Shown: positions 10,209 through 22,435, counted from the first letter of the whole stretch. The stretch is 63,197 bases of DNA, filler included, from Trichosphaerium sp. ATCC 40318 (GCA_038496445.1; 3 parts of 3 records of this genome joined end to end with filler, not necessarily neighbours in it), one strand, 5' to 3'. Numbers and translations are program-made. The notes: generated by a model not told the origin, from the sequence alone.

Positions 10209-12038
10209 ATGTCAAACAATTCGAATGACCAGATGATGCAAATCCTGTTAAACCTACAGTCACAGATGCAACAGACTCAGAATGAGATGCAGCGACAGGG
10301 TCAGGTTATAGCAAATTTATCACAACGGGATCAGCCATCTACGAAGTCTCCTACTATTTCTGCGACGACTTCACCTTACCGACAACCATCGAGTTTTCTA
10401 TACGCTACACCTCACATTATGGCACAGCGACAACATCAAAGACAGATGCAGTATCTGTCTACACAACCTCAGATGACTCCTTTCTTGCCGAGAACGCAGA
10501 TGCAATATCAATCGACTGGTCAACAATTACAATCTGTACCACGAACTGCAACAGTACAGCAGCCGATGCCAAGGCCTCCAACAACACCGTTTGTTTCAAG
10601 GAAAGCCACTGTCACCACGACGACAGTGAAAAAGAAGAAGCAAGTTCCAAAGAAGAAGGACGTTCCAAAGAAAAAGAGCGTACCAAAAGAAAAAATAAAA
10701 AGAAGGTTTATCCTCCCTACAAAGATTCCTGTGGAGACAGGAAAGGTTACAAAACTTTGGAACAACGCTTTTGATGAAGCAAAGAAGAATATTCAACCGG
10801 GTATATTGGATAGTCAAGCTACGAAAGAACAAGTCGCTGATCGTGATAAAATTTACAAACAAAATCAACATAATTATGCTGTTCAGTATTTTGGTAATCT
10901 CTGTGTTGCTTATGCTAGAGAGATAGCACAGACAGAGTTAGACAAGTTCTTTGCTAGAGAGGGTAAAGAAGAAGAATCAATCAGTGACTCAGAGAGCGAG
11001 TCAGATGAAGATGATAAGGATGATGATGATGAAGATGATGATTCATTCGACTTTACAGAAATTCGCAAAGCTTTACCTGAAGATTCTACGTCGACATCAA
11101 ATCCTTTACCACAGCCTAACTTTGGTACTAATCCTATTGTTCCTCAAGTACAGCCTTACATGATGCCACAATACCAAATGCCAATGCCAGGTTATCCAAA
11201 TATTATCACCAACAACGCGAGTGATAATGAAATTTTCTTTTATGGAAAACCAGGTGAAAATGTATTAAGATGGATTGCTGATATATCCGCTGTTGCCACA
11301 CGTAGCCCTACAACTGTTCAGATGTTTATTGGGCTTATTGAGAAAAACCTTAAAGGATTCGCGAAGGATTATTACAAAGATCAATTTCCTGGTGGCGCTG
11401 TTGAAGGACAAGAAAATGAAGTTTTCGAGAAACTTCAAAATTATTTTTCATCTGAAGTAACTAGAGAAGGACTCCGACATGCCTTTAAGAGTTACGTTCA
11501 AGATCAACTACCTGTGTTACAATACGCAGCTAGAAAAGGAAAGAAAGCGAACGATGCCGGTTATCATATCAACCATCAGACGCGTATCAAATATTTTATT
11601 AAGGGACTTAACCCTGAAATACAAGAACATTTGAGGAAAGAACGATACAAGTGGAATGATTGGTCAGAATGTGTTACCAGAGCACATCATATCGAAGCGG
11701 CAATCAATGATACCAAGAAAGCCGTTGGAGATAAGAAAAAAGATAAGAAGCCAAAGCCAAAGCCGAAACCAAAAACGAAAACCGGTGATGAACAATCTGA
11801 TAAGACGAAAGCTGATTGGTCTGATCCGAATGTGCAACCAAATCCTAGAACTCATTGGTGTGTACATCACAAGAAATGGAGTTATCATACCTCCTACAAA
11901 TGCGAATTGAATCCGAAGGTCATAGCGAGAAAAAAGAGAAGAGCTGAAAGAAAGAAGAAAGCTGAAGAAGAAAACAAAGACGTCACAGTTGCTTCTGTCA
12001 AGACTGAAGACTCAGGTGAAGATTCGGGAAACGAGTAA
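10209..12038 (+). CDS. gag: Retrotransposon Gag
   Basis: 609-aa ORF. Capsid-like FYGKPGENVLRWI...LKGFAKDYY...FIKGLNPEIQ. C-terminal C-x2-H-x5-H-x4-C knuckle (CVHHKKWSYHTSYKC). Confidence 0.9.
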   Translation: MSNNSNDQMMQILLNLQSQMQQTQNEMQRQGQVIANLSQRDQPSTKSPTISATTSPYRQPSSFLYATPHIMAQRQHQRQMQYLSTQPQMTPFLPRTQMQYQSTGQQLQSVPRTATVQQPMPRPPTTPFVSRKATVTTTTVKKKKQVPKKKDVPKKKSVPKEKIKRRFILPTKIPVETGKVTKLWNNAFDEAKKNIQPGILDSQATKEQVADRDKIYKQNQHNYAVQYFGNLCVAYAREIAQTELDKFFAREGKEEESISDSESESDEDDKDDDDEDDDSFDFTEIRKALPEDSTSTSNPLPQPNFGTNPIVPQVQPYMMPQYQMPMPGYPNIITNNASDNEIFFYGKPGENVLRWIADISAVATRSPTTVQMFIGLIEKNLKGFAKDYYKDQFPGGAVEGQENEVFEKLQNYFSSEVTREGLRHAFKSYVQDQLPVLQYAARKGKKANDAGYHINHQTRIKYFIKGLNPEIQEHLRKERYKWNDWSECVTRAHHIEAAINDTKKAVGDKKKDKKPKPKPKPKTKTGDEQSDKTKADWSDPNVQPNPRTHWCVHHKKWSYHTSYKCELNPKVIARKKRRAERKKKAEEENKDVTVASVKTEDSGEDSGNE

Positions 12039-12091
12039 ATGACATTGCGTCTGGCTCAAGCAATGTCACTCGTAAACATACTCCAGAGCCA
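12026..12091 (+). promoter_or_regulatory. -1 programmed ribosomal frameshift signal (G GGA AAC plus stem/pseudoknot)
   Basis: Slippery heptamer at 12026-12032, just before the gag stop. 7-nt spacer, then stem TGACATTGC/GCAATGTCA. Loop TGGCTC is complementary to downstream GAGCCA. The -1 frame is open into the protease. Confidence 0.85.
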
Positions 12092-13424
12092 TTTGGAGAT
12101 GTAACAACACACAATAAAGAAGTTAGATCAAAACGTGTTGTCAATTCTCCAAGCCCTCCTTCTTATGTCCTGGCCCATATAAATCAAGCTCCTATAGTGT
12201 CATATTTGGATGGTGGATGCGATAAATCTATCATTCATTCTTCTTTTCTTAACAACTTACCGGAAGTAGAAGTACTATCAACAACTGCGCAAGCGAGTAC
12301 ATTGAATTCTAACAAATTCAAGTTGGATGGTATTGTTTCCGTCTCACTTTCCTTTGGAAATCAAGAACAAAGATTAGTAGAGCTATACGTGACATCAGAT
12401 ATGGAAGAAGTCTTGGTTATTGGACGAGATCTTCAAGAAAAATTTAACATGAGCGTCAACTATGCAAAGAGAACCGTTACTTTCGCAGATGATTCAACTA
12501 TTCCGATTATTAATCAATCGAATAAAGAAGGCGAAGTTCGTCTCCTATATTCAAGAGATCAGATACAAATATATCCTAAAGAGACAGTGATCCTGACTAT
12601 GAAGTTCCGTAGTCAATTACCAGATGGAACTGTTGGAATCATCACACCGGTTGGCCCTATATGGAAAAGAACTAGATTAGTTACTGGACCTATTATATCA
12701 GTGATTAATAATGGTCATTGTGTTATGCAAATGACAAACTTGTCTGAAAAGACGATAAATATTCAACCAGGTCAACGACTTGGTAAATTTCAAACTCAGA
12801 AGTCTAAAATGCTGGTTAGAGGATTAAGAACAATCGAACAGATTAATGAATACAAAGCAACTCAAGCGGAGCTAGATTTGGTGGAAGAATACTTTGGTGA
12901 GCAACTCAAGGAATGTGCTATCAAAGACGAAGAAGAACTTCATACTATTCGCAACCTATTGGCTACTCACTTGAAGTCATTCGACATAGCTTTAAACAAA
13001 CCTCCCAAGACGGCCGTACGCATGCATATTAATACTGGAGATTCACAACCAGTTGCTACGACTCCACGACGTTTTCCGAAGCGTTATGTTGAGTTTATCA
13101 GGAAATTTATTAAAGATTATTTGAAGACTGGACTGATCAGGCCTTCAACAAGCCCTTGGGCTTCACCCATAGTCATCGCTCCGAAGAAAGATGGTACATT
13201 GCGATTCTGTATCGATTATCATGGATTGAATGCAATTACTAAGAGAGATGTCTATCCTATTCCCAACATTGATGATGCTTTTGATGCATTGGTGGGAAGT
13301 CATTACTTTTCGGTAATGGATGCTTTGTCTGGGTTTCACCAATTGCAAATGGACGAAGCTTCAATTGAAAAGACAGCGTTTGTAGATCAATCAGGTCTAT
13401 ACGAGTGGACTGCAATGCCCTTTG

Positions 13425-14106
13425 ATTAATTTAGGTAAAAGATGGCTCTTTGTACCTATTATATAAAATCAAAAACCAAACAACCAAAAAATAGGTAAAA
13501 ACCAGCTTTGTGTGATCACAAGGTCAATGTAACACAGTGTGTCATCACAGACGACAACCTTGATACCAGATCAAGGTTGTCTAGGCTAGGTTTTATGTAG
13601 TATTAACTAATATTGTGCAATTTTCATAAAAATGGTTGTTCATGCCTTACATTATAAAATCATGGATGTTCAACCCTATGTAAAATAATGGTTGTTCAAC
13701 CCTATATAAAATAATGGACAGTCAACCCTATATAGAATATTGGATAGTCAACCCTATTACATGAACACTGTAGACACACCAACCGTCAGAATTAACCCAA
13801 CAATGAGCCATCACACATAAACACAACACAGTGTATCATCACAGACGGACAACCTTGATACCAGATCAAGGTTGACCTAGGCTAGGTACAACAAAACAAA
13901 AGTAACAAATAAAAAATAACAAAAAAAAACAAAGTCAAAAAATTATTGATAATGAGTTACAGTGGTTCTTTGCCCCTATTACAAGGTAACCGAATGCACA
14001 AGCCCAATCAACCATACAAACAGGCGTTAGAAACCACCATCATTAATCAGTCACTTCCACCCTATGCTCCAGCATTGCCATCCACATCCACATCCACACC
14101 CACACT
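13425..14106. mobile_element. 682-bp non-coding insertion in RT with 6-bp TSD CCTTTG
   Basis: CCTTTG at 13419-13424 and 14107-14112. Removing the insert and one TSD copy restores ATG CCC TTT GGG TTA ACG AAT GCA CCT (MPFGLTNAP). Confidence 0.9.
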
Positions 14107-16998
14107 CCTTTGGGTTAACGAATGCACCTGCTACTTGGCAACGCTATATGAACTTAGTCTTAGCGGGTCTCACCTGGCAGATCTGTTTAGTATACATTGA
14201 TGATATCATTGTATACTCTAAAGACTTTAAGACACACATTCAGAGATTGGATACCGTTTTAACGCAACTGGAGAAATTCAACGTTAAACTTAAACCAAAG
14301 AAATGCAAGTTCTTCATGAAGGAACTTAATTACTTAGGGCATGTAGTTACCAACAACGGAAGAAAACCTGATCCTGCAAAGATAGAGGCTATAGCTAGAA
14401 TGCCTCCTCCGAATGGAAAAAACTGACTAAAGCAACTCCAACGATTCTTGGTGATGATCAAGTATTATGGATGCTATGTCAATAACTTAGCTAAAAGATC
14501 ATATCATTTACGCATCCTAACTCATAAGAATGCTGAATGGGTATGGGGAAAAGAGCAACAAGATGCCTTTGAAGACCTCAGAAAGTGTTTAGTAACGGAA
14601 CCTATCGTATTGGCTTATCCAGATTTCGACAAAGAATTCGAACTTCACACTGACGCTTCAGATGAGGGACTATGTGCAATCTTAACTCAAAGAGAAGATG
14701 ATGGTAAAGAAAGAGTTGTGTCGTACTATTCACGATCACTCAACAAGGCTGAACGAAACTATTCAGCTTCCGTGAAGGAAGCGCTAGCGGTGGTGGCTGG
14801 TGTTAGAAAGTTTAGACCATACCTGTTATCTAAACATTTTACAATTTGGACAGATCATCAAGCTCTGGTTTGGTTCTACCAACACCAGAACCCTGATGGA
14901 AAAATGATTAGATGGTCTATATTTCTCTCAGCGTATGATTATACTATCAAACATAGACCTGGTGTAAGAAACGCTAATGCAGATACTGGGTCTCGGTCTC
15001 CTGTTATTTCTATTGAAGATGCTCCAAAGAAAGAATTCGAAGTCAACGAAATTTATACTCCTGTTATTCAAGCTAGAGGAGTTTCAATCTTTTCTGGACA
15101 TGTGGTCCACAAGAAACCAGTTCCAGAGCCGTTACTTCGATTATATTACTTACAAAGACAAGACGCTTTTATGAACAAACAGATTATGTATCTACAATCT
15201 CCTGATGTATTCAAATATTACAAAGATGTGGAACGTTTAACTAAAAGTACAAAAGATCTCTGTCTAGACGATTATGGTATACTCTGTCAGAGTTGGATAC
15301 CTCCAAAATCCCAACGATCCAATAAAACAGAAAGGATTCAAACAGTTGTTCCTACGCAGATGAGATTGGAACTTCTTAGATTAAACCATGATATTCCTAC
15401 ATCAGGACATCTAGCAGTTAAACGTACTTATCTTAAACTCATGGATAAGTACTGGTGGCCTAACATGTGGTTGGACGTTAACCAATATGTTAAAGGATGT
15501 ATACAATGCCAGACTAAGAAAATTGATCGTCGAAAGAAGCTAGGTGGACCGATGGGAACGGTAACTTCAAGATGCCCGATAGATGTTATTGCCGCTGATT
15601 TAATTACAAAGTTACCGCGTACCAGAAATGATAATGTTTGCATTCTGGTGGTTATGGATTACTTCACCAGATATGCTAAGTCCATTCCACTTCCAAACAA
15701 AAAGGCATCAACAATTGCACGTGCAATTTATGACGAATTTATATTGGAACATGGAACACCTAACGTATTTCTCTCCGATCAAGGTGGTGAATTTAAAAAC
15801 GTACTGAAGGAACTTATGAAGTTATTGAATGTCGACCAACGCCAAACTACAGCATATAAACCTCAAACGGATGGTCTAGTTGAAAGATTTAATGCTACCT
15901 TAGTCAATATGATAAAGATGTATTGTAATGACAATCAAACAGATTGGGATGAATATGTACGACCTTGCACATTCGCGTATAATACGTCAGTTCATGAAGA
16001 ATTAAAAGAAACACCTTATTTCCTTATGCATGGTAGAAGAGCAGTTTCGTCTTGGGATCAGGCTTTAGGACGAGTATCTACCAGATCAAAGGACAAATAC
16101 ATAAAAAACATTGCGAAAGTGATAAAGAAAACACATGAAACGTCAGCTATGCTTAGACAGAAAGCATATCAAAGACAGAAGAAACGGTATGATGAGAAGC
16201 ATCGTACCAAGACATTCTCTGTTGGACAAAAAGTTTATTTACGTGTTAACAAGAAACGTGATGTACCATGGGGTAAATCACGAAAGCTTTTTAAGAACTA
16301 TACTGGAGTATACTATATTGCTGAAGTTAAAGGACATCATAATTATCGTATTGGAGTCATGAATAAAGATGGTACTAAAGGACCTATCATCCCTGATGTC
16401 TATAACGTTGATCGACTCAAGGAGCACAATGAACAAATTTCCGGCGATACAGATAAATTAGTTCAAATAGTGGAAGCTATACCTGTTCTTTCCCCTGCAG
16501 AGAAAGCATATGCAAAAGAACAGGAAGAAAAAAATGCGACAAAGGATAGTAATCCTACTATCACTAAGAAAGTAAGCCCTTTTAAAGATGCTTTATTGGA
16601 AGTATACAATGCTGTTTCACAACGCTCTGAAGCGGGTTCTATTACGAAAAAGGTCTTACAGGTTTATAAAAATACATTACATGATCTTATCGCTGGCGAT
16701 CTTTCCATGTTTGTTACGAGAAATTCCAGAAGAAATTATTTCAAAGGACAATTAAAGAATGTTACCACAGTGAAAAAATTTCTGGATTATATGGATTCAC
16801 TCATTTCCAATTTCGAGACTATCTTTAAGCCTGAACTATAAAACGTATGGGTTCAGTTTGGAGGGGTATGCATTAGTATATGTGAGGTACAGTGTGATAA
16901 ATTAAAACTCATGTACATATTGTATGATATTCACGTGGTATGTAAAACCAAACCTCATGAACTAACTTATGTTTGGCGCTAACTCACTTACTGGGGTA

Positions 16999-17077
16999 TG
17001 TCACGATATTGTAATGTACTTAGATAGAATAAAACACACTTAACTACAACTCGTACCTCGCACCTTTTCTCGTAACA
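16999..17077 (+). repeat. 3' LTR (79 bp)
   Basis: Identical to the 5' LTR; preceded by a short purine run (GGGG-TA) as a possible PPT. Confidence 0.95.
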
Positions 17078-17081
17078 CGTT

Positions 17082-18235
17082 ATGACTTCTACGAAAGGGA
17101 TATTAGTATTATTGGTTGTTTTAAGCATAATCCAGCAAGGACAGAGTCTGAGTACGCAATAATACTCCAAAACACAAGAGGTTACAAAACAAAACTCTTA
17201 AACAGATTAGCAAACGGAGATACAGCTTATGCATTCATAAACACAGGAAGCAGCACTGTAAATGAATTTGAACAGGTTGCGGTGGCTACAGGAGGTAACG
17301 GGACTCTACCGTACATAGAAGTAGGCGGCGTATGTGAATGACACATAAACTACATAAAAACTAACTGTTGTAGTCTTCACTTTCTTATTTCGATTTTGCA
17401 GCACTTTCGTTATCAATTACCGAAACGCAAGTAACCATCACCTTGGCAGATGGATCGTCAGGGTGCATACCTGAAATGGGTGAAACATGCCCTATTGGAA
17501 AACATACAGTTGGTGCAACGTTTATTACACCACAAACTACAATGATATCAAGTACGAAAACTTCATAATGAATAACACAACACGATCAAAAGTAATCCTT
17601 ACTTAGCATAGATATGACATTAATTACAAACACATGGATAAGAGAGCCTACAATTGTATTTAATGACACTTCTTTTACGTACGGCAGTGATATTTCTTTA
17701 TTTACTAATAATGCTCTCTTGTAACGCTTACATATTCAATAGGATAACAATCCCAAGTGCAAGGTATAGCGTATCAAATACATGGAGGATTGTATATGAA
17801 CTCATGTCACTGCCTACACTTGAACCATCAATTCCTTCCACAGCATCGCCGACAACACCTCCAACAACATTACCACCGACAACTGTAGCACCTACCACAA
17901 TACCTTCAACATTGTCGCCAACACTTGTACCTACAACAATAGTACCATCAACAACAACGCCTGACATGACACCTACAACTATTCCACCTTCGACCACAGA
18001 CGATCCTTCGGGACCAACTAGTATTGCACCTACCGTACCAACTGCTCCTTCTATACCTACAACATTACCGCCTACATCTCCTTCGGTACCTACAACAACT
18101 GCTCCAACCTCAATTTCTTCAACACCTCCGGTTGACACATCCACAACAAACTCACCAAGTGAAACATCAGCATCTGTACCTGTTGTTAGTTTCGTGTACA
18201 TGTTATTACCTATCGTACTATCAATAATATTGTGA
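17082..18235 (+). CDS. Secreted Pro/Thr/Ser-rich mucin-like surface protein, possibly GPI-anchored (multi-exon)
   Basis: Signal peptide MTSTKGILVLLVVLSIIQQGQS. Long PTT-repeat stalk at 17810-18170. Hydrophobic C-terminus SASVPVVSFVYMLLPIVLSIIL. Confidence 0.75.
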
Positions 18236-18570
18236 TTTTTCAAGTTCAGTCCCTCTACATAAGGGATTTATTAAACAGTACGTCAGAACCCATATTGTTG
18301 CCCTTAAGTATTTGTAAGAGCGAAAAGACAGAAGTCATTCTTGTCCTTCCAATTTCAGTCAAAAATTGCCTATCACCATTGCTCCAATGGTTAAATCGGA
18401 GAAACCAAAAATAGAACTATTCAGATCTTAATTATATGAGCACGTGTAAATTATTTAGGAAGAAATAAGCGAAAATCAGGTGCGCTTGCACAAGAACTAT
18501 GAAATGTGACCTCAGCATTGAAACTTAACTACAGCAATTGTACATCATCGTTTACCCTGCCGGCGCTTCT

Positions 18571-19941
18571 ATGGAACCAAACCCGAAGGCTAAATTAAGT
18601 GGAAAGCACTTTAAAGATAAACCAGCAAATATCCATGTTTTAGACATTCCAACGGAACTCCTCGTTTGTTTACTCGAGTTTTTTGATGTTTCTAGTCGCT
18701 TTTCCGCATCTCGGACCTGTAAACTATTCTCAAACATCATACGCTACGTTGTTGGATACGGAACCATCAATATTAGATCGACAACATGGTGTTCTCGCCT
18801 CCGCGGGAGTCCTCTTCTCAAAAACACAAAAATATCGTTGAAGTTACGCAAAACCACAGACGACGATCTCGCTTACCTTACCGGAGTTCGCTCCCTCGAA
18901 CTAGCCAACTCTGATTACATTACAAAGAAAGGGTTCAAGTCCATCAGAGGTGTTCGTCACTTGAGCATCTCAAGATGTCCAAGGTTCAAAGACTCAAGCT
19001 TGAAACGTCTAGCGAAACACCTCAAATCCATTAGTCTGCATCAAGTTGACACAAGTGACACCACTTTGTGGCCTCGACCTGATGACGCATTGACAGATAA
19101 AGGTTTTAAAGCGCTTGCTGGCGTGCCTAAGGTCAGCATCCCCTATTCCAAAGTTACAGATGAAGCGTTGTACGTCATGGCTGGAGTACATACCATCAAC
19201 TTAGCTGGTACTTCAGTAACAGACAAAGGAATTAAGGCGTTGGCTGGAGTACATACCATAATTTTAAATAACTGCTATGGTATCACAGACGAAGGTATTT
19301 CAGCTCTTGCTGGAGTACACACTATAGACTTACATGACACTAAAGTATCAGATTCAGGTATTTCCGCGTTAGCTGGAGTGTACGATATTAACTTAGAATT
19401 TTGCCAACATATCACAGATAAAGGTGTTTCTTCTTTGGCCGGAGTACACGTGATAAACTTGAAAAAGTGTAGAGAAATAACAGATGAAGGCATAGTAGCA
19501 CTAGCTGGCGTACATACTATAGACTTAGCGGATACACATGTGACAGATAGAGGTATTTCGGCGTTGGCAGGTGTCCATACAATTAATTTGGGTGGTACTT
19601 CTGTTACAGATAGAGGAGTTATGGCGTTGTCTGGTGTACATAGTATATGCCTTTCTAATAATGAAGTTATCACAAAAGAGAGTATGAAAAGTCTGTCAAG
19701 TGTACACACACTTGATCTAAACGAAACTAATGTATCAGATGATTGGCTAATTCCGTTAACAAGACTAAAGGTGTTAAAGTTCACTAAGGTCACTAGATTC
19801 ACAGTTGGGTGCCTTAAAGCAATAATGGACAAAGGAGTAACAGTATTCTGCAAGAACCGCATTTTGACGACGATACCACGTGATGAGGGCAAAGATATTT
19901 GTGAGTCAAGTCGTGGCGTAGTTTTTTATTTTAATAGCTAG
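18571..19941 (+). CDS. F-box plus leucine-rich-repeat protein, intronless
   Basis: F-box ILDIP-like motif VLDIPTELLVCLLEFFDVSSRFSASRTCKLF. About 10 repeats of 21-22 aa (AGVHTIxLxxTxVTDxGIxAL). Confidence 0.9.
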   Translation: MEPNPKAKLSGKHFKDKPANIHVLDIPTELLVCLLEFFDVSSRFSASRTCKLFSNIIRYVVGYGTINIRSTTWCSRLRGSPLLKNTKISLKLRKTTDDDLAYLTGVRSLELANSDYITKKGFKSIRGVRHLSISRCPRFKDSSLKRLAKHLKSISLHQVDTSDTTLWPRPDDALTDKGFKALAGVPKVSIPYSKVTDEALYVMAGVHTINLAGTSVTDKGIKALAGVHTIILNNCYGITDEGISALAGVHTIDLHDTKVSDSGISALAGVYDINLEFCQHITDKGVSSLAGVHVINLKKCREITDEGIVALAGVHTIDLADTHVTDRGISALAGVHTINLGGTSVTDRGVMALSGVHSICLSNNEVITKESMKSLSSVHTLDLNETNVSDDWLIPLTRLKVLKFTKVTRFTVGCLKAIMDKGVTVFCKNRILTTIPRDEGKDICESSRGVVFYFNS

Positions 19942-20580
19942 TGAAATGATTGAAAAAAAACCTGCCCAACCATTATTGTTGTGTAAAAAGATAGGTCAAA
20001 GAGTAGTTATAATAAAAGACGTTTAATTACTTGGAGAGTACTCTACACGCTTAGGCGTGATGTAAATAGTGTTTTCTATCACGTGTTGGTTTAACGTTTG
20101 GTTGCACAGGATTTGACGTGGTATAAAGTCTATTTTGTGTTTGCCACAAGCCTGATTTTCGGGATGCTTCGTGACCATATTTAGCCCCATGTAATTAGTG
20201 TTCTTTGCAGAGTAATCTACATGAGAATAAGAGCAGAAACTCAGGTGCGTGCCACAAACTGGGGCCTTTTACCCGTACAATAAAATACGTAATTTCAGGT
20301 ACTATCGACAAATCAGGAATTAAGTCTGCTACAATTGGTAAACCAACATGATTAAAAGAGCTTTAGTTACCTTGATAGTTGTAGCACTTATCTCACTGTG
20401 TATAGCAGAAATAAACGTTAATGGTGACTGTACGAAAGAAATTAAAGTGAATAGACTAAGACGCTGGAAAATTGAAGTAACCCAAAACTAGTTTTTTCTG
20501 TTATTTGTACATTTAGCTTCTTTTTATGGTTTTTTTTTTGGAGGAAACACTGCCGTCCACGTTATTTCGCGAACAACACC

Positions 20581-22435
20581 TCACGTTGAATGTGCACTTT
20601 TACGAAAATTGGTAGGATCTAGTCGATTGTTATCAATATCTTCCAAAGTCTGAGCCATTGGTGACTTTTTCTTTGCTAGTGATGATAATTGGCCACATGC
20701 GGCCATAATATCTCTACCACGTGGCCACCGTACAGGTGCACGTACACCTAAACGAACTACAGTTAATCTCTTGGCAAGAAAAAAATAAGAAAGTTTTACT
20801 CTCACCTGCTCCGTTTACTACATTTGCAAAATCTAAAATTGTGTCATCTAGTGATGTTTCAAATCGTATACCAGGCACAGGATTATATGGTCTAATAAAT
20901 AAGATAAGTAGAGAAGATTATTTGTGATGAGATTGCCGTACATTAAGTTTACAGTTGCATCCAGTTCCGACTCTTTCAATAGAGCTACTAATGATTTTGC
21001 ATGTGTTATTGTATCATTCACGTCCTTTATCATAATATATTCGAACGTAATTGGTTGATTAGGACTTGCTGGATACGATTTCAATGCATCCATTAATTCT
21101 AAAACAGACTATCAGCAAAAGTTGTACGGAAAGAAAAAAAACAAGTTATCTTCGTTATACAAACCTTTTATCGGCCATTGCTTATTTATAGGTACTAAAA
21201 TATCTCTGTAAATAAGAAGGTTAGTGGAAAAGTAATAAATCTTTGCGACATAAAAGAGTGGAGACTTAAACACAAAAGGTTCGCCAAAACCAGGTTTTTT
21301 ATCAAAGGCTCAATTATGTACCTTAATTTATCATCACATGCGTGAAGAGATATAGCCAAATTAACGCCAGTCTCATCTCCCAATTTTTTAATCTTAGGAA
21401 CAACACCTGTACACCCAAGCCGGTCAACAACAAGGCGATAAAAAAAAAGAAAACAAAAAAAAATTAGCGCGTCAAAGTCTCACCTGAAGTTGATACTGTA
21501 ATACGCCTTTTTGATATTTTAAAGCCATTAGAAGCAGCCATAAACTCAATAGAACGTCTAACATTTAGGTAATTATAGAAAGGTTCGCCCTGACCCATGA
21601 AAACAACATTTGAAACAACTCTATCCTACAAAAAATTAGGAGATATAAAACGCCTTTGTTTACAGATACTGAAAAAAAAAAGTCATTGGGTGTACCACTT
21701 GCGTAGGTATGTCATACAGGAGTTTTTTGGCTGTGAATAACTGACCAAGTATTTCTGAAACTTTCAGATTCCGCTTCTAAGGCATTGTATAAGTTTTCGA
21801 CGCGTAGGGCGTTGAGGCATTTGAATGAGTAAAGCCGTACTACTGGTTGAAGGCCTGTATGACAAAATGCGCAAGAAAGCGTGCCTACGTGCTTTTAGAA
21901 GAGTTTTATGGCGTTTTGGCGTACATCCAACCTGTGAACTTACGCATAACGTTCCTCGCTTACTCTCGGGAATAAATACCGCTTTTTACGCGTTAATTAA
22001 GCTTCTAATATATATCTAGCGTACTTTCGACTTGATCTCCATCAAAATCAATTAGCCATTTCCTTGTTCCATCTTCTGCAAGCTGATCCTCTTTTACCGT
22101 GCCATAGTATATGCGATACTTGTCGCTAAGCTTGTCACGCAAAGAGCGAGGTAAATTTGTTAAATGTTGAAAATCTTCGACTCCTATAGCGCCAATGTAA
22201 GAAAACTAGCGTATAGCGTTCATATACCGTTAAATATTTGCGAATAAACTTGATGCGCTCTATATTTCTGTTTAACGCCCATTTCTATCATGTCCTTCTC
22301 TAACTCCTCTATTGTCATACCAATAATGTTCTTCCGCGCATCTTTAGCAATTTGTACTCGCCGTACACCAATAATACTGCTAGTGCGTCGTGTAAGACAT
22401 GTACGTAGATTAACACTAGTGCATGTGCTCAACAT
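20581..22435 (-). CDS. rlmN: RlmN-family radical-SAM RNA methyltransferase, probably organellar (multi-exon)
   Basis: RGTLCVSSQVG|CTLSCAFCHTG (CxxxCxxC split by an intron), NVVFMGQGEP, ITVSTSG, LAISLHA, TFEYIMIKDVND, RGRDIMAACGQL. Arg/Ser/Thr-rich N-terminal presequence. Confidence 0.92.

Larger units (their letters stand above)
12026..16841 (+). pseudogene. pol: Retrotransposon Pol (protease, dUTPase-like spacer, RT, RNase H, integrase), interrupted by an insertion and an in-frame TGA
   Basis: YLDGGCDKS protease. RT motifs SPWASPIVIAPKKDGTLRFCIDY, MPF|GLTNAP, YIDD. RNase H LHTDASD..ERNYSA..TDHQAL. Integrase HHCC and D..D(35)E (AADL, SDQG, ERFN). Insertion at 13425-14106, stop at 14424-14426. 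Confidence 0.93.
9511..17077 (+). mobile_element. Ty3/gypsy LTR retrotransposon, full length but with damaged pol
   Basis: Identical 79-bp TG...CA LTRs (9511-9589, 16999-17077). TSD CGTTA (9506-9510, 17078-17082). gag followed by PR-RT-RNaseH-IN order. Confidence 0.97.

Noticed and set aside
13425-14106. Insert as an intron, hammerhead ribozyme, solo LTR or Polinton remnant
   Set aside because: No GT-AG at the boundaries, no CUGAUGA/GAAA core in proper context, no TG..CA ends and no TIRs.
17728-19892. Long antisense ORFs (17728-18243, 19275-19892)
   Set aside because: Shadows of the PTT-repeat and LRR coding strands.
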